DNA from: an uncultured Candidatus Saccharibacteria bacterium
GTDB taxonomy: Bacteria > Patescibacteriota > Minisyncoccia > Minisyncoccales > PEYH01
Length of the DNA stretch: 47,958 nt
Direction of reading: 5' to 3'
Assembly: GCA_964616145.1 (NCBI GenBank)
Contig: CAZTRD010000007.1
Location: 1 to 47,958, forward strand
Below the pieces are notes generated by a model that saw nothing but the letters and a program-made list of their open reading frames with translations, searched no databases and was not told where the DNA came from. Below are positions 1 to 8,885 of the stretch, one piece after another (positions within the stretch are counted from its first letter, which is position 1; the number at the start of each line of letters is the position of its first letter). Both the position numbers and the translations under genes were made by a program.

Positions 1-314
1 TTTTCATGCTGAAATGTTATCTCATTTCAGTTGCACTTCAAAACGGAATTCGCAGCTATTTTAAAAGAAGTTAGATTAAAAATTATTGTTAAAGAAATTG
101 AAGGAGGAGAAAAGTTCTTTTATAGCCTATATCCTTTTTGGAGAACCTCCGGGGATGATGTAAAAAAGAAAATATTCTATTCAGGAAATTTAGAGGAAGA
201 TTAAAAAACACTCGTCTGCAGTTTTTGTGTTAACCGCGAGAGAGCCGAAGCCCTCACGAGTGCAATCTAAATATAGCTCAAGCCATAATTTTTGTCAAGA
301 ATTAAAAAAAACAT

Positions 315-722
315 ATGAAAAAGATAATTATCCCAATCATAGTAATCATATTAATAGCAGTTGGTTTTGCCGTTTACTATTTCCTGCCAAAAGAAACTTC
401 TTTGGACACTGAAGATAAAGTTAAAATTCAGACAATGGAAGCAATAAACGGCCAGAATTTCTTAATCACTCTTTTGGGAAAGAAATCTTCCGGATATGAA
501 TGGAACGCCAACTATGATTCAAATGCAGTTGAATTTGTTACCAGAGAATATATAGAGCCAGAAGGAGATCTATTAGAAGGAGCCGGGTTTGAGAAATTTA
601 CATTTAAGGCGTTAAAAGAAGGAGAAACAGATATTGAATTTGTCTTCAAAAAAGTAGAAGATACAGATGATAAAGCGATAGATAGGATATATTATCAAGT
701 AACAATAAAGCCGAATATATAG
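315..722 (+). CDS. Membrane-anchored chagasin-like (I42 family) cysteine-peptidase inhibitor candidate
   Basis: 135-aa ORF with an N-terminal hydrophobic anchor (IIIPIIVIILIAVGFAVYYF). SSGYEW and GAGFEKFTF resemble chagasin-family loop motifs. Assignment by eye only. Confidence 0.45.
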   Translation: MKKIIIPIIVIILIAVGFAVYYFLPKETSLDTEDKVKIQTMEAINGQNFLITLLGKKSSGYEWNANYDSNAVEFVTREYIEPEGDLLEGAGFEKFTFKALKEGETDIEFVFKKVEDTDDKAIDRIYYQVTIKPNI

Positions 723-723
723 T

Positions 724-1617
724 ATGAATCAAAAATTCATTCTTTACATGGATGGGGGAGCGATGTCCGGTGTTTTTGGAGGGGGAGTGGTTAGAGCCCT
801 AGAAGATCTAGATTTCTATCCCAATATTGAAGCCATATATGCTGCGTCGGCAGGAGCATTCAACGCCGCATATCTTTTAGCCAGACAAACCAATGAAGGG
901 AAAGAAGTATATCTAAACTATCTAAGAAGTGGTTTTATCCATCGCTGGAATTTGGTTCCGGGAATTCCTCAAAGAATCTGGCATAGATTTGTTAAGCCGG
1001 TTTCAAAAGAAAAAACAATTAATGCAATAGATATTGATTATGTTATTAAAATAATCAAAGAAAAAGTGCCCCTAAGGATAGAAAATATATTTGATAAAGG
1101 AATTAAACTATATATTCAGGTATTGAATATTGAAAGCAAGCAATCTGAATATATTCTGGCTGATAAAGATAACATGTATGATCTTTTGAAGGCCTCTGCT
1201 TGCATTGCTCCGTATACATTTGAAAACGTTGAAATTAACGGAAAGAGATATATAGATGGCACGATAAAAGACCCGATCAATATTAAATATCTTCTAGAAA
1301 GATACCCTGATGATAGAATCATACTGATTACTGGGAAAAGAGGAATTAGCAAAACTAGGCATCAATTAGAATCGTTTTTAGAAGGAAGCGTGACTTCTCT
1401 AATGTATGGCAAAGAACTTTTCAAGATATTCATGCAAAGGCAAAGATTATCAGACAACAACTTTCTATTAGCTCAAAACAATCCAAAAATATATTTAATT
1501 AAAGCTCCAGAATATTGTCCGGTCAGGCCGAGGACAAAAAAACATAGTAAACTATTTGATTCTATGGAAATGGGAAGGGAAGCAGGAATGAAAATTAAGG
1601 AATTTTTGGATGATTGA
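724..1617 (+). CDS. Patatin-like phospholipase
   Basis: 297 aa. Gly-rich oxyanion loop DGGAMSGVFGGG, nucleophile elbow AASAG (GxSxG variant) and downstream catalytic Asp motif IDGT. Confidence 0.75.
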   Translation: MNQKFILYMDGGAMSGVFGGGVVRALEDLDFYPNIEAIYAASAGAFNAAYLLARQTNEGKEVYLNYLRSGFIHRWNLVPGIPQRIWHRFVKPVSKEKTINAIDIDYVIKIIKEKVPLRIENIFDKGIKLYIQVLNIESKQSEYILADKDNMYDLLKASACIAPYTFENVEINGKRYIDGTIKDPINIKYLLERYPDDRIILITGKRGISKTRHQLESFLEGSVTSLMYGKELFKIFMQRQRLSDNNFLLAQNNPKIYLIKAPEYCPVRPRTKKHSKLFDSMEMGREAGMKIKEFLDD

Positions 1618-1651
1618 CAATATCCTGAAGAAGATAATATAATCTAAACAT

Positions 1652-1864
1652 ATGGTAAAAAAAGCTGTAACAATCGATGATTTAGCGATAATGGTACAGA
1701 AGGGATTTGAAGAAACTTCTAAAAAGACAGAAGTTAATACTCGTTTTGATGCAATGGATAAAAGATTTGATAAGATAGAAAATATGATTCTCATAGATCA
1801 TCTTAAACGGATAGAAAAACTAGAAAAACATGTGGAAGAATTGCAAGACGCCCTGGCGCTATAA
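1652..1864 (+). CDS. Small charged coiled-coil protein, unknown function
   Basis: 70-aa ORF followed by hairpin ATCGCC-ctaa-AGGCGAT plus T-run. No recognisable motif. Confidence 0.45.
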   Translation: MVKKAVTIDDLAIMVQKGFEETSKKTEVNTRFDAMDKRFDKIENMILIDHLKRIEKLEKHVEELQDALAL

Positions 1865-1935
1865 TAACCAGATAAAGATCGCCCTAAAGGCGATTTTTAC
1901 TATTCAAAATCATGAAAATATTGTAAGCTTATCCT

Positions 1936-2286
1936 ATGATAATAATAAACAAGGATAATAAAATATCAGTTCAGGATCTGGTCAAAATGTCTGAAAAGAT
2001 GTTTGGTAAACTTGTGAAAACTGTCGTTGATGTTGAAAAAGGGATTATGGCTGTAGATGCTGAATTTCATTCCGACGAAGAAACCCTTTTAATGCAAAAC
2101 GGATCAAAAAGATCAGAAGTATGGGGTATTAGTCTTTACCCAGATTTATTCGGTAAAGACGATTTTATTGAATTTGATTCAATGATTAATTTAAAACCAT
2201 TTGTTGGAAATCGTACTCGTAATGTTGATGATCTGCAGATTAAAGAGAAAATCAAAAAGATTGTTAATAATTTAGTTGTTAAATAA
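1936..2286 (+). CDS. Hypothetical protein
   Basis: 116-aa ORF with host-like AT-rich codon usage. Its stop abuts the next ATG (taaATG at 2284-2289). Confidence 0.5.
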   Translation: MIIINKDNKISVQDLVKMSEKMFGKLVKTVVDVEKGIMAVDAEFHSDEETLLMQNGSKRSEVWGISLYPDLFGKDDFIEFDSMINLKPFVGNRTRNVDDLQIKEKIKKIVNNLVVK

Positions 2287-2625
2287 ATGAATGAATATAT
2301 TCATAAACAAGCAGCTGGTGGAAAATGGCAAACCCTATCCCTTATGGAACAAATGGCCAATATTGGCAGCGAGATAGAAAGAGCTATTAATTGGAGAGAG
2401 AAGGGGAATATGGAATATAGCAAGATGGCCGTTGACAGAGGACTAGAGCTTATTGGTTTGACCATTGATGATAGTAAGAATAGAAAACACCTTCCAGAAC
2501 TTTTAAGATTAAATGAGTTATTCATAGACTATTTCTACTATGATAATATTTTTTCTTCGGCAGATAATTTTTGGAGACAATATTTCTATCCGTTTAATTA
2601 TGCCGCAAGGGTTTCTTTACGTTAA
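2287..2625 (+). CDS. Hypothetical protein
   Basis: 112-aa ORF directly abutting the upstream ORF. Aromatic-rich C-terminus. No motif recognised. Confidence 0.5.
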   Translation: MNEYIHKQAAGGKWQTLSLMEQMANIGSEIERAINWREKGNMEYSKMAVDRGLELIGLTIDDSKNRKHLPELLRLNELFIDYFYYDNIFSSADNFWRQYFYPFNYAARVSLR

Positions 2626-2630
2626 TCTAA

Positions 2631-3215
2631 ATGAAACAATACCGAAGCTATAAAATTCCGGATGCAAAGATTGGTTTCTACGGAACAGGGTTGAATAAGG
2701 TTAAAGTGGCTGAAGTGAGGAAATTGGAAGAACTGATAGAGCCAATTGAAAAATATTTTACCAATCTTTTGGAATTAAAGCAGATTCATTTGTCTTTAAG
2801 ATATTTGGGTTATCATGATGAGATAAATGATGATAATTTGAAAGATGCCAAGCAAAGAGTATTGGATATTTATTCTAAATATCTTCCAATCACCGTAAAT
2901 GTATCTAGTTTGAGCGGAAGCTGGAAAAATCATCCTGAGATAGAAAGGCAATTATTATTTGCAGATATCAAGGATAAAAAGCTGATACAATTGCACAAGG
3001 AATTGGTAAAAGCAACAACAATTTTCCCGATTTTCCAGGATGTGGAAGGAGCAAATTTCAAGCCCCATATTACTTTGGCTGAATTGGAGAAAAAGTATCA
3101 TAAAAAGATACCAAAGGAATTGGAAACATACATTAAAAATACCAAAGTAGACATAGATATTACTTTGAAAGGGGGATATATATGGGATAAAAAAGGATTA
3201 AGACAATTAATCTAA
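2631..3215 (+). CDS. 2H phosphoesterase superfamily protein (LigT / 2'-5' RNA ligase-like)
   Basis: 194 aa with two H-x-S/T-x motifs (IHLSL and PHITL) at spacing typical of 2H phosphoesterases. Confidence 0.55.
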   Translation: MKQYRSYKIPDAKIGFYGTGLNKVKVAEVRKLEELIEPIEKYFTNLLELKQIHLSLRYLGYHDEINDDNLKDAKQRVLDIYSKYLPITVNVSSLSGSWKNHPEIERQLLFADIKDKKLIQLHKELVKATTIFPIFQDVEGANFKPHITLAELEKKYHKKIPKELETYIKNTKVDIDITLKGGYIWDKKGLRQLI

Positions 3216-3219
3216 TAAC

Positions 3220-3582
3220 ATGACGCTAACAACAGACCAGGAAAAATTAATTGAAGGGAACAATATAATTGTTTTAGCTACAGCTGATCAATACGGACAG
3301 CCAAGAGCTGTTTTCATGGGTTATCCAAAATGCATAAATCATAGAATAGTTTTAGTGGATAACTTCATGAATATTACTAAAAGAAATATCGTAGAAAATC
3401 CCTTAGTCTCTATTCTGGCATATAACAAGGATTATAGCGTATGCTTGAAGATATCTGGAAAGGCTTCTTACCATACTGACAGCAGTCATTTAGAATGGGC
3501 TAAGGGGCTGGAAGAAAACAAGGACCTGAATCCTAAAGGAGTGGTAGAGGTAATAATAGATAATGTTGAAGAAAGTAAATGA
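3220..3582 (+). CDS. Pyridoxamine 5'-phosphate oxidase-like FMN-binding protein
   Basis: 120 aa. The N-terminal pattern (IVLATADQYGQPRAVFM) is typical of the split-barrel PNPOx-like family. ATGA overlap with the next gene. Confidence 0.5.
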   Translation: MTLTTDQEKLIEGNNIIVLATADQYGQPRAVFMGYPKCINHRIVLVDNFMNITKRNIVENPLVSILAYNKDYSVCLKISGKASYHTDSSHLEWAKGLEENKDLNPKGVVEVIIDNVEESK

Positions 3583-4049
3583 AATCATTAATCATTTGTT
3601 CATCGATTCATCATCAAAATACTTTTAAGATTGCTAAGGCAATGGCAGAATTTTTAAATTGTCCAGTTATCAGAACTGAAGATGTAAAGATAGAGGAATT
3701 GAAAGAATATGATTTGATTGGTTTTGGATCAGGGGTATATTTATGGAAAAATCATAGAGATCTGATAAAACTAGCAGGAAATTTACCAAACATGTCAGGC
3801 AAATCCTCCTTTATCTTCTCTACAAGCGGAGATAAGAATCAAGATATGCAAAAATGGCATAAACCATTAAGAGATAAATTAATTCAGAAAGGATTTAAGA
3901 TTCTAGATGAATTTAATTGTCTTGGCTGGGATACAATAGGTCCCTTAAAACTCTTTGGGGGATTTAATAAAGGCAGGCCAAATGAAAAAGATCTAGAAAA
4001 TGCCAAGAACTTTGCCAATAACATCTTAAACTTATACACAAATAGTTAG
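3579..4049 (+). CDS. Flavodoxin-like protein
   Basis: 156 aa. MKSLIICSSIHHQNT ... DLIGFGSGVY pattern of the flavodoxin-like fold. Translationally coupled to 3220-3582. Confidence 0.55.
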   Translation: MKSLIICSSIHHQNTFKIAKAMAEFLNCPVIRTEDVKIEELKEYDLIGFGSGVYLWKNHRDLIKLAGNLPNMSGKSSFIFSTSGDKNQDMQKWHKPLRDKLIQKGFKILDEFNCLGWDTIGPLKLFGGFNKGRPNEKDLENAKNFANNILNLYTNS

Positions 4050-4115
4050 TTGAAAGAAAATAGCCATAGTGCTATACTACTTTTGAGGTCGAATTAATTA
4101 ATGATTATATAATCT

Positions 4116-4604
4116 ATGGATAAAAAAATATTAATTGCTATATGCATCATATTATTAATAATAGTTGCAGTATTTCTATATCTGATTTTTGGCACAGACA
4201 CTTTTAATAAGACTAGTTTCGATATTTATGAGGGTTGTCCGAAACTAGCATATACTTGCCAAGATGGTACAACGATATTCCCCAAGGGACCAGAATGTCT
4301 TCTTGAATGTCCAGGAGAAGAACATATGACACTATCTCAGATCAAAGAAATAGCTTGTACTAAATCTGGCGGTGTCGTCGTTGTCGCCTCCTGTTGTACT
4401 TCTTCAGCAGATTTTCCAAATACTTGCGCAATCGGAGCTTGCGGATGTTCTGCAGAAAACAGCAAAGATACCAAGACTTGCCTTTGTCCCGAGGGAACTT
4501 GCTTTGATGGAACCAGCTGTGCCGCTGCCGAAGCGGAAGTTGTTCCAGTAGAAGAAGTTCCAGCTGGAGAGGATGCAACAGAAACAGAACCAGTGACTGA
4601 ATAA
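4116..4604 (+). CDS. Membrane-anchored Cys-rich secreted protein
   Basis: 162 aa with an N-terminal TM/signal anchor, 17 Cys, and an acidic Pro/Glu/Val tail. TTGAAA-17-TATACT promoter-like sequence upstream. Terminator at 4627-4653. Confidence 0.55.
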   Translation: MDKKILIAICIILLIIVAVFLYLIFGTDTFNKTSFDIYEGCPKLAYTCQDGTTIFPKGPECLLECPGEEHMTLSQIKEIACTKSGGVVVVASCCTSSADFPNTCAIGACGCSAENSKDTKTCLCPEGTCFDGTSCAAAEAEVVPVEEVPAGEDATETEPVTE

Positions 4605-4626
4605 TCTTTCAAAGATAGAAGTGGAG

Positions 4627-4653
4627 AAAAACGCCCTTGACCGGGCGTTTTTC
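4627..4653 (+). terminator. Rho-independent terminator
   Basis: AAAACGCCC-ttgacc-GGGCGTTTT followed by a T-run. Confidence 0.75.
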
Positions 4654-4682
4654 TGGTATAATAGAAGAATTAAGACAATATT

Positions 4683-5147
4683 ATGAAATTTAAATGGAAT
4701 TACATAATTATTCCTTTAACAATAGCCATAGTTGGCTATGGAGGTAGTTTGATTACTAATATGGGAATGACTTGGTATGACACCTTATCTCTTCCTAAGA
4801 CAGCCCAGGAAGGTTGGTTTATCGGTTCTGTCTGGACTGTCATCTTCATTCTTTCAGCGATTTCCTCTTTGTTATTCTGGAATTCCAAAGAAAAGAAATC
4901 AAAGGCCTTGATAGCTTTATTGATATTTAATGCGCTGCTTAATGTATTATGGAGTGGCCTATTCTTTGGTTTTCACCTTATCCTCTGGTCTGTGGTAGAG
5001 ATGATAATATTGAATATCGTAAATATTGCCATTGTTATCCTTTTTTGGAAAAAACACCGGGTATCAGCAATTCTTTGGTTTCCATATATAATCTGGGTGG
5101 CTTTCGCCACATACCTTGCCTATTCTGTATTTTCTCTTAACAGTTAA
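4683..5147 (+). CDS. tspO: TspO/MBR family tryptophan-rich sensory protein
   Basis: 154 aa with five hydrophobic segments, Trp-rich, with a WYDTLSLPK-like N-terminal motif and a PYIIWVAFATYL C-terminal motif. Confidence 0.8.
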   Translation: MKFKWNYIIIPLTIAIVGYGGSLITNMGMTWYDTLSLPKTAQEGWFIGSVWTVIFILSAISSLLFWNSKEKKSKALIALLIFNALLNVLWSGLFFGFHLILWSVVEMIILNIVNIAIVILFWKKHRVSAILWFPYIIWVAFATYLAYSVFSLNS

Positions 5148-5178
5148 AGGTCGCAAAGCAATTAAATATTTTTAAAAT

Positions 5179-5472
5179 ATGATCAATTTTGTCATTAAAA
5201 GAGACGGCAGCAAAGAACCCTTTGATGCTGAGAAGTTAAAAAGGGCCATAGCTTCTGCCGCCCGCAATGCTAATTTCCCTCCAGATAAAAGACAAGACCT
5301 AATAGATAGTTTAGCTGTTAAGGTTGTAGGCCATTTTGCAGACAAAGAAGAAATAACTTCTTTATCAATCCGTGACTTTATCCTCCAAGAATTAGATGCC
5401 ATTGCTCCAACAGTTTCTATGGCTTGGAGAAATCATGATAAGGAGAAAGAGAATAGGGAGAAGCAGATCTAA
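5179..5472 (+). CDS. Stand-alone ATP-cone domain protein
   Basis: 97 aa. VIKRDGSKEPFDAEKLKRAI is the canonical ATP-cone opening. No zinc ribbon, so not a full NrdR. Confidence 0.7.
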   Translation: MINFVIKRDGSKEPFDAEKLKRAIASAARNANFPPDKRQDLIDSLAVKVVGHFADKEEITSLSIRDFILQELDAIAPTVSMAWRNHDKEKENREKQI

Positions 5473-5475
5473 TCA

Positions 5476-5510
5476 GAACAAGACCGCCTGAGGGCGGTTT
5501 TGTGTTCTTC
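5476..5510 (+). terminator. Rho-independent terminator
   Basis: ACCGCC-tgag-GGCGGT flanked by GAACA/TGTTC, followed by a T-rich run. Confidence 0.7.
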
Positions 5511-5554
5511 TCTCTTTTTTTCCTTAATCATTCATGTTAGATTAAAAATATCTA

Positions 5555-5626
5555 GTCCCCATAGCTCAATGGATAGAGCGCAGCCCCGCGGAGGCTGAAA
5601 TGAAGGTTCAACTCCTTCTGGGGACA
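5555..5626 (+). tRNA. tRNA-Arg, anticodon read as GCG (unusual C at position 33)
   Basis: Cloverleaf folded by hand: acceptor GTCCCCA/TGGGGAC, D arm GCTC/GAGC, anticodon stem CAGCC/GGCTG with loop CCGCGGA, T arm AAGGT-TCAACTC-CCTTC, discriminator A. No encoded CCA. Confidence 0.85.
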
Positions 5627-5705
5627 CTTTTGTTTGATGGATTGCATAAATGATATAATAGTATTAATATTCAATGTATTGGTTCTTTATATCTAAACGC
5701 GGATA

Positions 5706-5756
5706 TTGTTGTGCCGCTTTTGGTATATAAAATATATATTAAAAGCGGCACAACAA
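5706..5756. repeat. Perfect 16-bp inverted repeat with 19-nt AT loop
   Basis: TTGTTGTGCCGCTTTT (5706-5721) pairs with AAAAGCGGCACAACAA (5741-5756). It ends directly at the RBS GAAAGGAG (5757-5764) of the G+C-rich ORF. Confidence 0.85.
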
Positions 5757-5769
5757 GAAAGGAGCGGTG

Positions 5770-6141
5770 ATGGGAGACAAAAGCAAAACGATCAAGTTGG
5801 CAGTAGTCGGCCATGGAGCGAGGGCCAGAAGGCAAGTCCTGAAGATCGTTCCAATCACGAACTACTTCAGAGGAAATGAGAGATCGGTTCTCTTCGACTA
5901 CCTGAGGCCAAGAGGCGCCTCGCTCACCACAAAAAGGTGGGCGATCGCTAAACGTATCAAGAGATTGGATGCTCTACCCGAAGGGGTAGATTTCCTTCTT
6001 CTTCTTGGGTCCGACCAGGAATCAAGCGCGATCGTTTGGAGGTATGGCAGGTATCTGATGTTAGCGGACAGCGCAAGGATACCAAGATACGAGCCATTCT
6101 TCTGGATTGTCGTTTCGGTCGGAGAGGAACCAATCAAGTAA
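5770..6141 (+). CDS. Hypothetical protein in G+C-rich block A
   Basis: The ORF track starts at GTG 5767. ATG 5770 has better spacing to GAAAGGAG. Composition clearly differs from the flanks. No motif recognised. Confidence 0.4.
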   Translation: MGDKSKTIKLAVVGHGARARRQVLKIVPITNYFRGNERSVLFDYLRPRGASLTTKRWAIAKRIKRLDALPEGVDFLLLLGSDQESSAIVWRYGRYLMLADSARIPRYEPFFWIVVSVGEEPIK

Positions 6142-6237
6142 ACCTGCATCCGCGCGAAGTTCTGACGGGGCCCCTAATGGCTCCGTCAATTCTTTAAGAT
6201 ATTTTCATTTTTACTCTTTTCCTGTATAATCAGTTGT

Positions 6238-7215
6238 ATGTCTGCCATTGAGGCGAAAAACCTGGTAAAGAGATTCAACAGCTTAACAGCTGTTGATGAT
6301 TTGTCTTTTGAGGTAAAAGAAGGAGAAGTTTTTGGGCTATTGGGTCCTAACGGAGCAGGAAAAACAACAACAATTAAAATGCTGACTACCCTCATCCCTT
6401 GTACTAGTGGAAGCGCAAGGGTTTTTAATTACGATATTGTAAAACAAAAGGGTAAAGTAAGGGATAATATTGGGATAGTATTTCAGGAGCCGGCCTTGGA
6501 TAATCGTTTGACAGGATATGAAAACCTTGATCTTCATGCCAGATTGTACGGACTTTCTAGGATCTTAAGAAAAGAAAGAATTAAAGAAGTTCTTTCTTTG
6601 GTTGGTTTGGAAGAAAAAGCCAAGGTTTTGGTAAAAAACTATTCTGGAGGAATGAAAAGAAGATTAGAAATTGCCAGGGGCCTAATGCATTATCCCAAAG
6701 TATTGTTTTTGGATGAGCCAACCTTAGGGTTGGATCCCCAGACAAGAAGAAATATTTGGGATTACATTAAGAAGTTAAACCAGAAGGAAAAAATTACAAT
6801 AGTTTTGACAACTCATTACATGGAAGAAGCTGATAGCCTATGCGACAGAATTGCTATTATTGATTTTGGAAAGATTGTGGCCTTGGATACCCCCAAGATG
6901 TTAAAGAACCTTTTGGGAGGAGACGTGATATCTATTGAGGCATTTCCCCAGGAAGCTGCCTTCGAAATCTTTAAAAATCTTCCTTGGGTGAAAAAGATCA
7001 AGATTCACAATGAATTCATTCATTTGATGGTAGAGCAGGGAGAGCAAAAGCTTCCTCTACTCATTCAGATAGATCAGGAAGAAGAAGGATTTACAATGAA
7101 GACAATTAATTTAAGAAAACCAACATTGGAAGATGTTTTCTTAAGCTTTACCGGAAAAATGATCAGAGACGAAGAGAATCAGAACGGGGATAGCATTAAA
7201 CATTTTCATCCATAA
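6238..7215 (+). CDS. ABC transporter ATP-binding protein (ABC-2 / DrrA-like)
   Basis: Walker A GPNGAGKTT, signature YSGGMKRRL, Walker B LFLDEPT, H-loop TTHYMEE. Confidence 0.9.
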   Translation: MSAIEAKNLVKRFNSLTAVDDLSFEVKEGEVFGLLGPNGAGKTTTIKMLTTLIPCTSGSARVFNYDIVKQKGKVRDNIGIVFQEPALDNRLTGYENLDLHARLYGLSRILRKERIKEVLSLVGLEEKAKVLVKNYSGGMKRRLEIARGLMHYPKVLFLDEPTLGLDPQTRRNIWDYIKKLNQKEKITIVLTTHYMEEADSLCDRIAIIDFGKIVALDTPKMLKNLLGGDVISIEAFPQEAAFEIFKNLPWVKKIKIHNEFIHLMVEQGEQKLPLLIQIDQEEEGFTMKTINLRKPTLEDVFLSFTGKMIRDEENQNGDSIKHFHP

Positions 7216-7217
7216 TT

Positions 7218-7988
7218 ATGGTATCAAGGGATTTACAAACAATATATGTAATGTGGTCAAGAGATGTGAAGGGATTTTTCCGTTCAAAAGTCAGATTAAT
7301 TACCACCCTTATCGTTCCATTCTCTTTGCTATTCTTTGTTTCTTTTGGTTTTAGCTCAGGATTTAGATTGCCAGGGATGCCGGATAATATTAAATATCTG
7401 GATTTTGCAGCCCCGGGAATTATTGGAATGACAATGCTTTTTGGATCAATCTTTGCTGGAATTTCCGTATTGTGGGACAAGGAATTCGGATTCTTAAAAG
7501 AAATGATAGTTGCTCCTGTGCACAGGTGGGCGATTGTATTAGGTAGAATAGCCGGGGGAGTGACCACCGGATTTATCCAGGGTCTTTTGATTCTTCTACT
7601 CGCTTTATTAATGGGATTTAAGGTCTTAAATCCATATGGCATAGCCCTTACATTTCTTTTCATGATTCTGATAGGGGTGGGATTTGTAGGTTTTGGAGTG
7701 GCCTTAGCTTCTATTCTTGAAGATACCCAGGCATTTTCCTTGATAATGCAGATAATCATTTCCCCAACCATATTTTTATCAGGAGCATTCTTTCCATTAA
7801 GCAGCTTATCCTGGTGGATTCGCTTGATTTCCATGGCTAATCCCTTGGTATATGGAGTGGATGGATTAAGGTTCGGCTTGATCAATTCTTCTCAATTTCC
7901 TTTGTATCTTAATATATCAGTATTAGTTGCTTTTGATATTTTAATGATAATTTTAAGCTCTTGGTTTTTCTCAAAAACTAAGGGATAA
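7218..7988 (+). CDS. ABC-2 type transporter permease
   Basis: 256 aa with about six hydrophobic segments. It starts 3 nt after the ATPase gene. Confidence 0.85.
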   Translation: MVSRDLQTIYVMWSRDVKGFFRSKVRLITTLIVPFSLLFFVSFGFSSGFRLPGMPDNIKYLDFAAPGIIGMTMLFGSIFAGISVLWDKEFGFLKEMIVAPVHRWAIVLGRIAGGVTTGFIQGLLILLLALLMGFKVLNPYGIALTFLFMILIGVGFVGFGVALASILEDTQAFSLIMQIIISPTIFLSGAFFPLSSLSWWIRLISMANPLVYGVDGLRFGLINSSQFPLYLNISVLVAFDILMIILSSWFFSKTKG

Positions 7989-7995
7989 TGTAGAC

Positions 7996-8379
7996 ATGGA
8001 TAAAAAGAAGTTTATCATCCTTTCTTTATTTGTGATAGGATTTGTTGCCATCATTTTAATTTCCAGCAGGACATACAAAGTAGATTCCAGATACAGGCAA
8101 CCAGCTGAAACAGAGACAGATCCTTTCCAAGGAAAAGAATGTTCTGATCTTGAATGCGTAGCTGATAGGTTTTTGAATTGCAAAATAGCCAGCTATGGAA
8201 ATGGAAAGATTACGGTTTTAATATACGGGCTGGTTGATGGCAAATGCTATGTCAAGGTCAGCAAAGATACGACAAAAACTTGCTATCTCTCCCAGAAAAA
8301 CTTAAGCATTCCTTTACTAAATCAACTTTTAGGAAACGATGAAGGCCTGGAAAATGTAGTGGCGCAAGAATGCAGATAA
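7996..8379 (+). CDS. Membrane-anchored secreted protein, unknown function
   Basis: 127 aa with an N-terminal hydrophobic anchor and 6 Cys. Terminator-like AACAGC...GCTGTT TTTG downstream. Confidence 0.5.
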   Translation: MDKKKFIILSLFVIGFVAIILISSRTYKVDSRYRQPAETETDPFQGKECSDLECVADRFLNCKIASYGNGKITVLIYGLVDGKCYVKVSKDTTKTCYLSQKNLSIPLLNQLLGNDEGLENVVAQECR

Positions 8380-8411
8380 TTAAGGAAACAGCTTACGGTA
8401 ATAGGCTGTTT

Positions 8412-8440
8412 TTGACTTTTTGATAACTATCATTTAGTAT
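8412..8440 (+). promoter_or_regulatory. sigma70-like promoter for block B ORF
   Basis: TTGACT (8412-8417), 17-nt spacer, TAGTAT (8435-8440). Confidence 0.55.
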
Positions 8441-8480
8441 TTATTTGCAGTACATTCACGTTGAGCTAGGGGGGGGGACC

Positions 8481-8885
8481 ATGCTGTATCTGTGGTTGTT
8501 GCTTTTGGTCAAGGTGGGGTATCACCAAGCCATATGTCTGGGAGATAGGGTCTTCTGTTTTGCCCAGCGGGATGGAACGGTGTATCTCTACTGGTACAAC
8601 CAGATCGGCTTCCGGGAGATTAGCTACCTGAGCTCTAGTAAGAGCAGGATAAGGGGTCTTGCTATGAGACCCAGGGCTTCCAGGATCTTCTTCCTGGTAG
8701 AGGATCCACAAAGGCATTGGCTGGAGGTCAGGGTTTGGCGGGCTTCCGAGAAGGGAGTGCAAGAGATCATTCCCGTGAGCATGGAGATCAATCCCAAGGT
8801 GGTCAGGGGTCTTTCAATCTCACCTGACAGGCAACTCTTCATTGTTCTGTCTGGCGGGAGGTCCGAACTTCTGTCAGATATCTAG
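8481..8885 (+). CDS. Hypothetical protein in G+C-rich block B
   Basis: The track ORF starts at TTG 8445. ATG 8481 follows a G-run (GGGGGGGGACC). The 134-aa product has a hydrophobic N-terminus and is beta-strand-rich by eye. No motif recognised. Confidence 0.4.
   Translation: MLYLWLLLLVKVGYHQAICLGDRVFCFAQRDGTVYLYWYNQIGFREISYLSSSKSRIRGLAMRPRASRIFFLVEDPQRHWLEVRVWRASEKGVQEIIPVSMEINPKVVRGLSISPDRQLFIVLSGGRSELLSDI

Noticed and set aside
10-204. In-frame TGA at 10-12 in a terminal reading frame (13-204) suggested TGA-to-Gly recoding, as in Gracilibacteria/Absconditabacteria
   Set aside because: TGA clearly terminates conserved full-length genes here (rbcL 14685-14687, korA 19460-19462, 3580-3582), often in ATGA overlaps. 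The 13-204 frame has no convincing start and no recognisable motif, so I did not annotate it.
227-412. 61-aa ORF overlapping the start of the 315-722 gene
   Set aside because: It is out of frame with a better-supported gene, has no RBS or motif, and gives a low-complexity product.
6186-6395. Antisense ORFs inside conserved genes (for example 6186-6395, 7196-7885, 13784-14185, 15775-16188, 23453-23755)
   Set aside because: Each lies opposite a gene with unambiguous conserved motifs (ABC ATPase and permease, RuBisCO, AMP phosphorylase, CaCA). The products are hydrophobic or low-complexity mirror translations.
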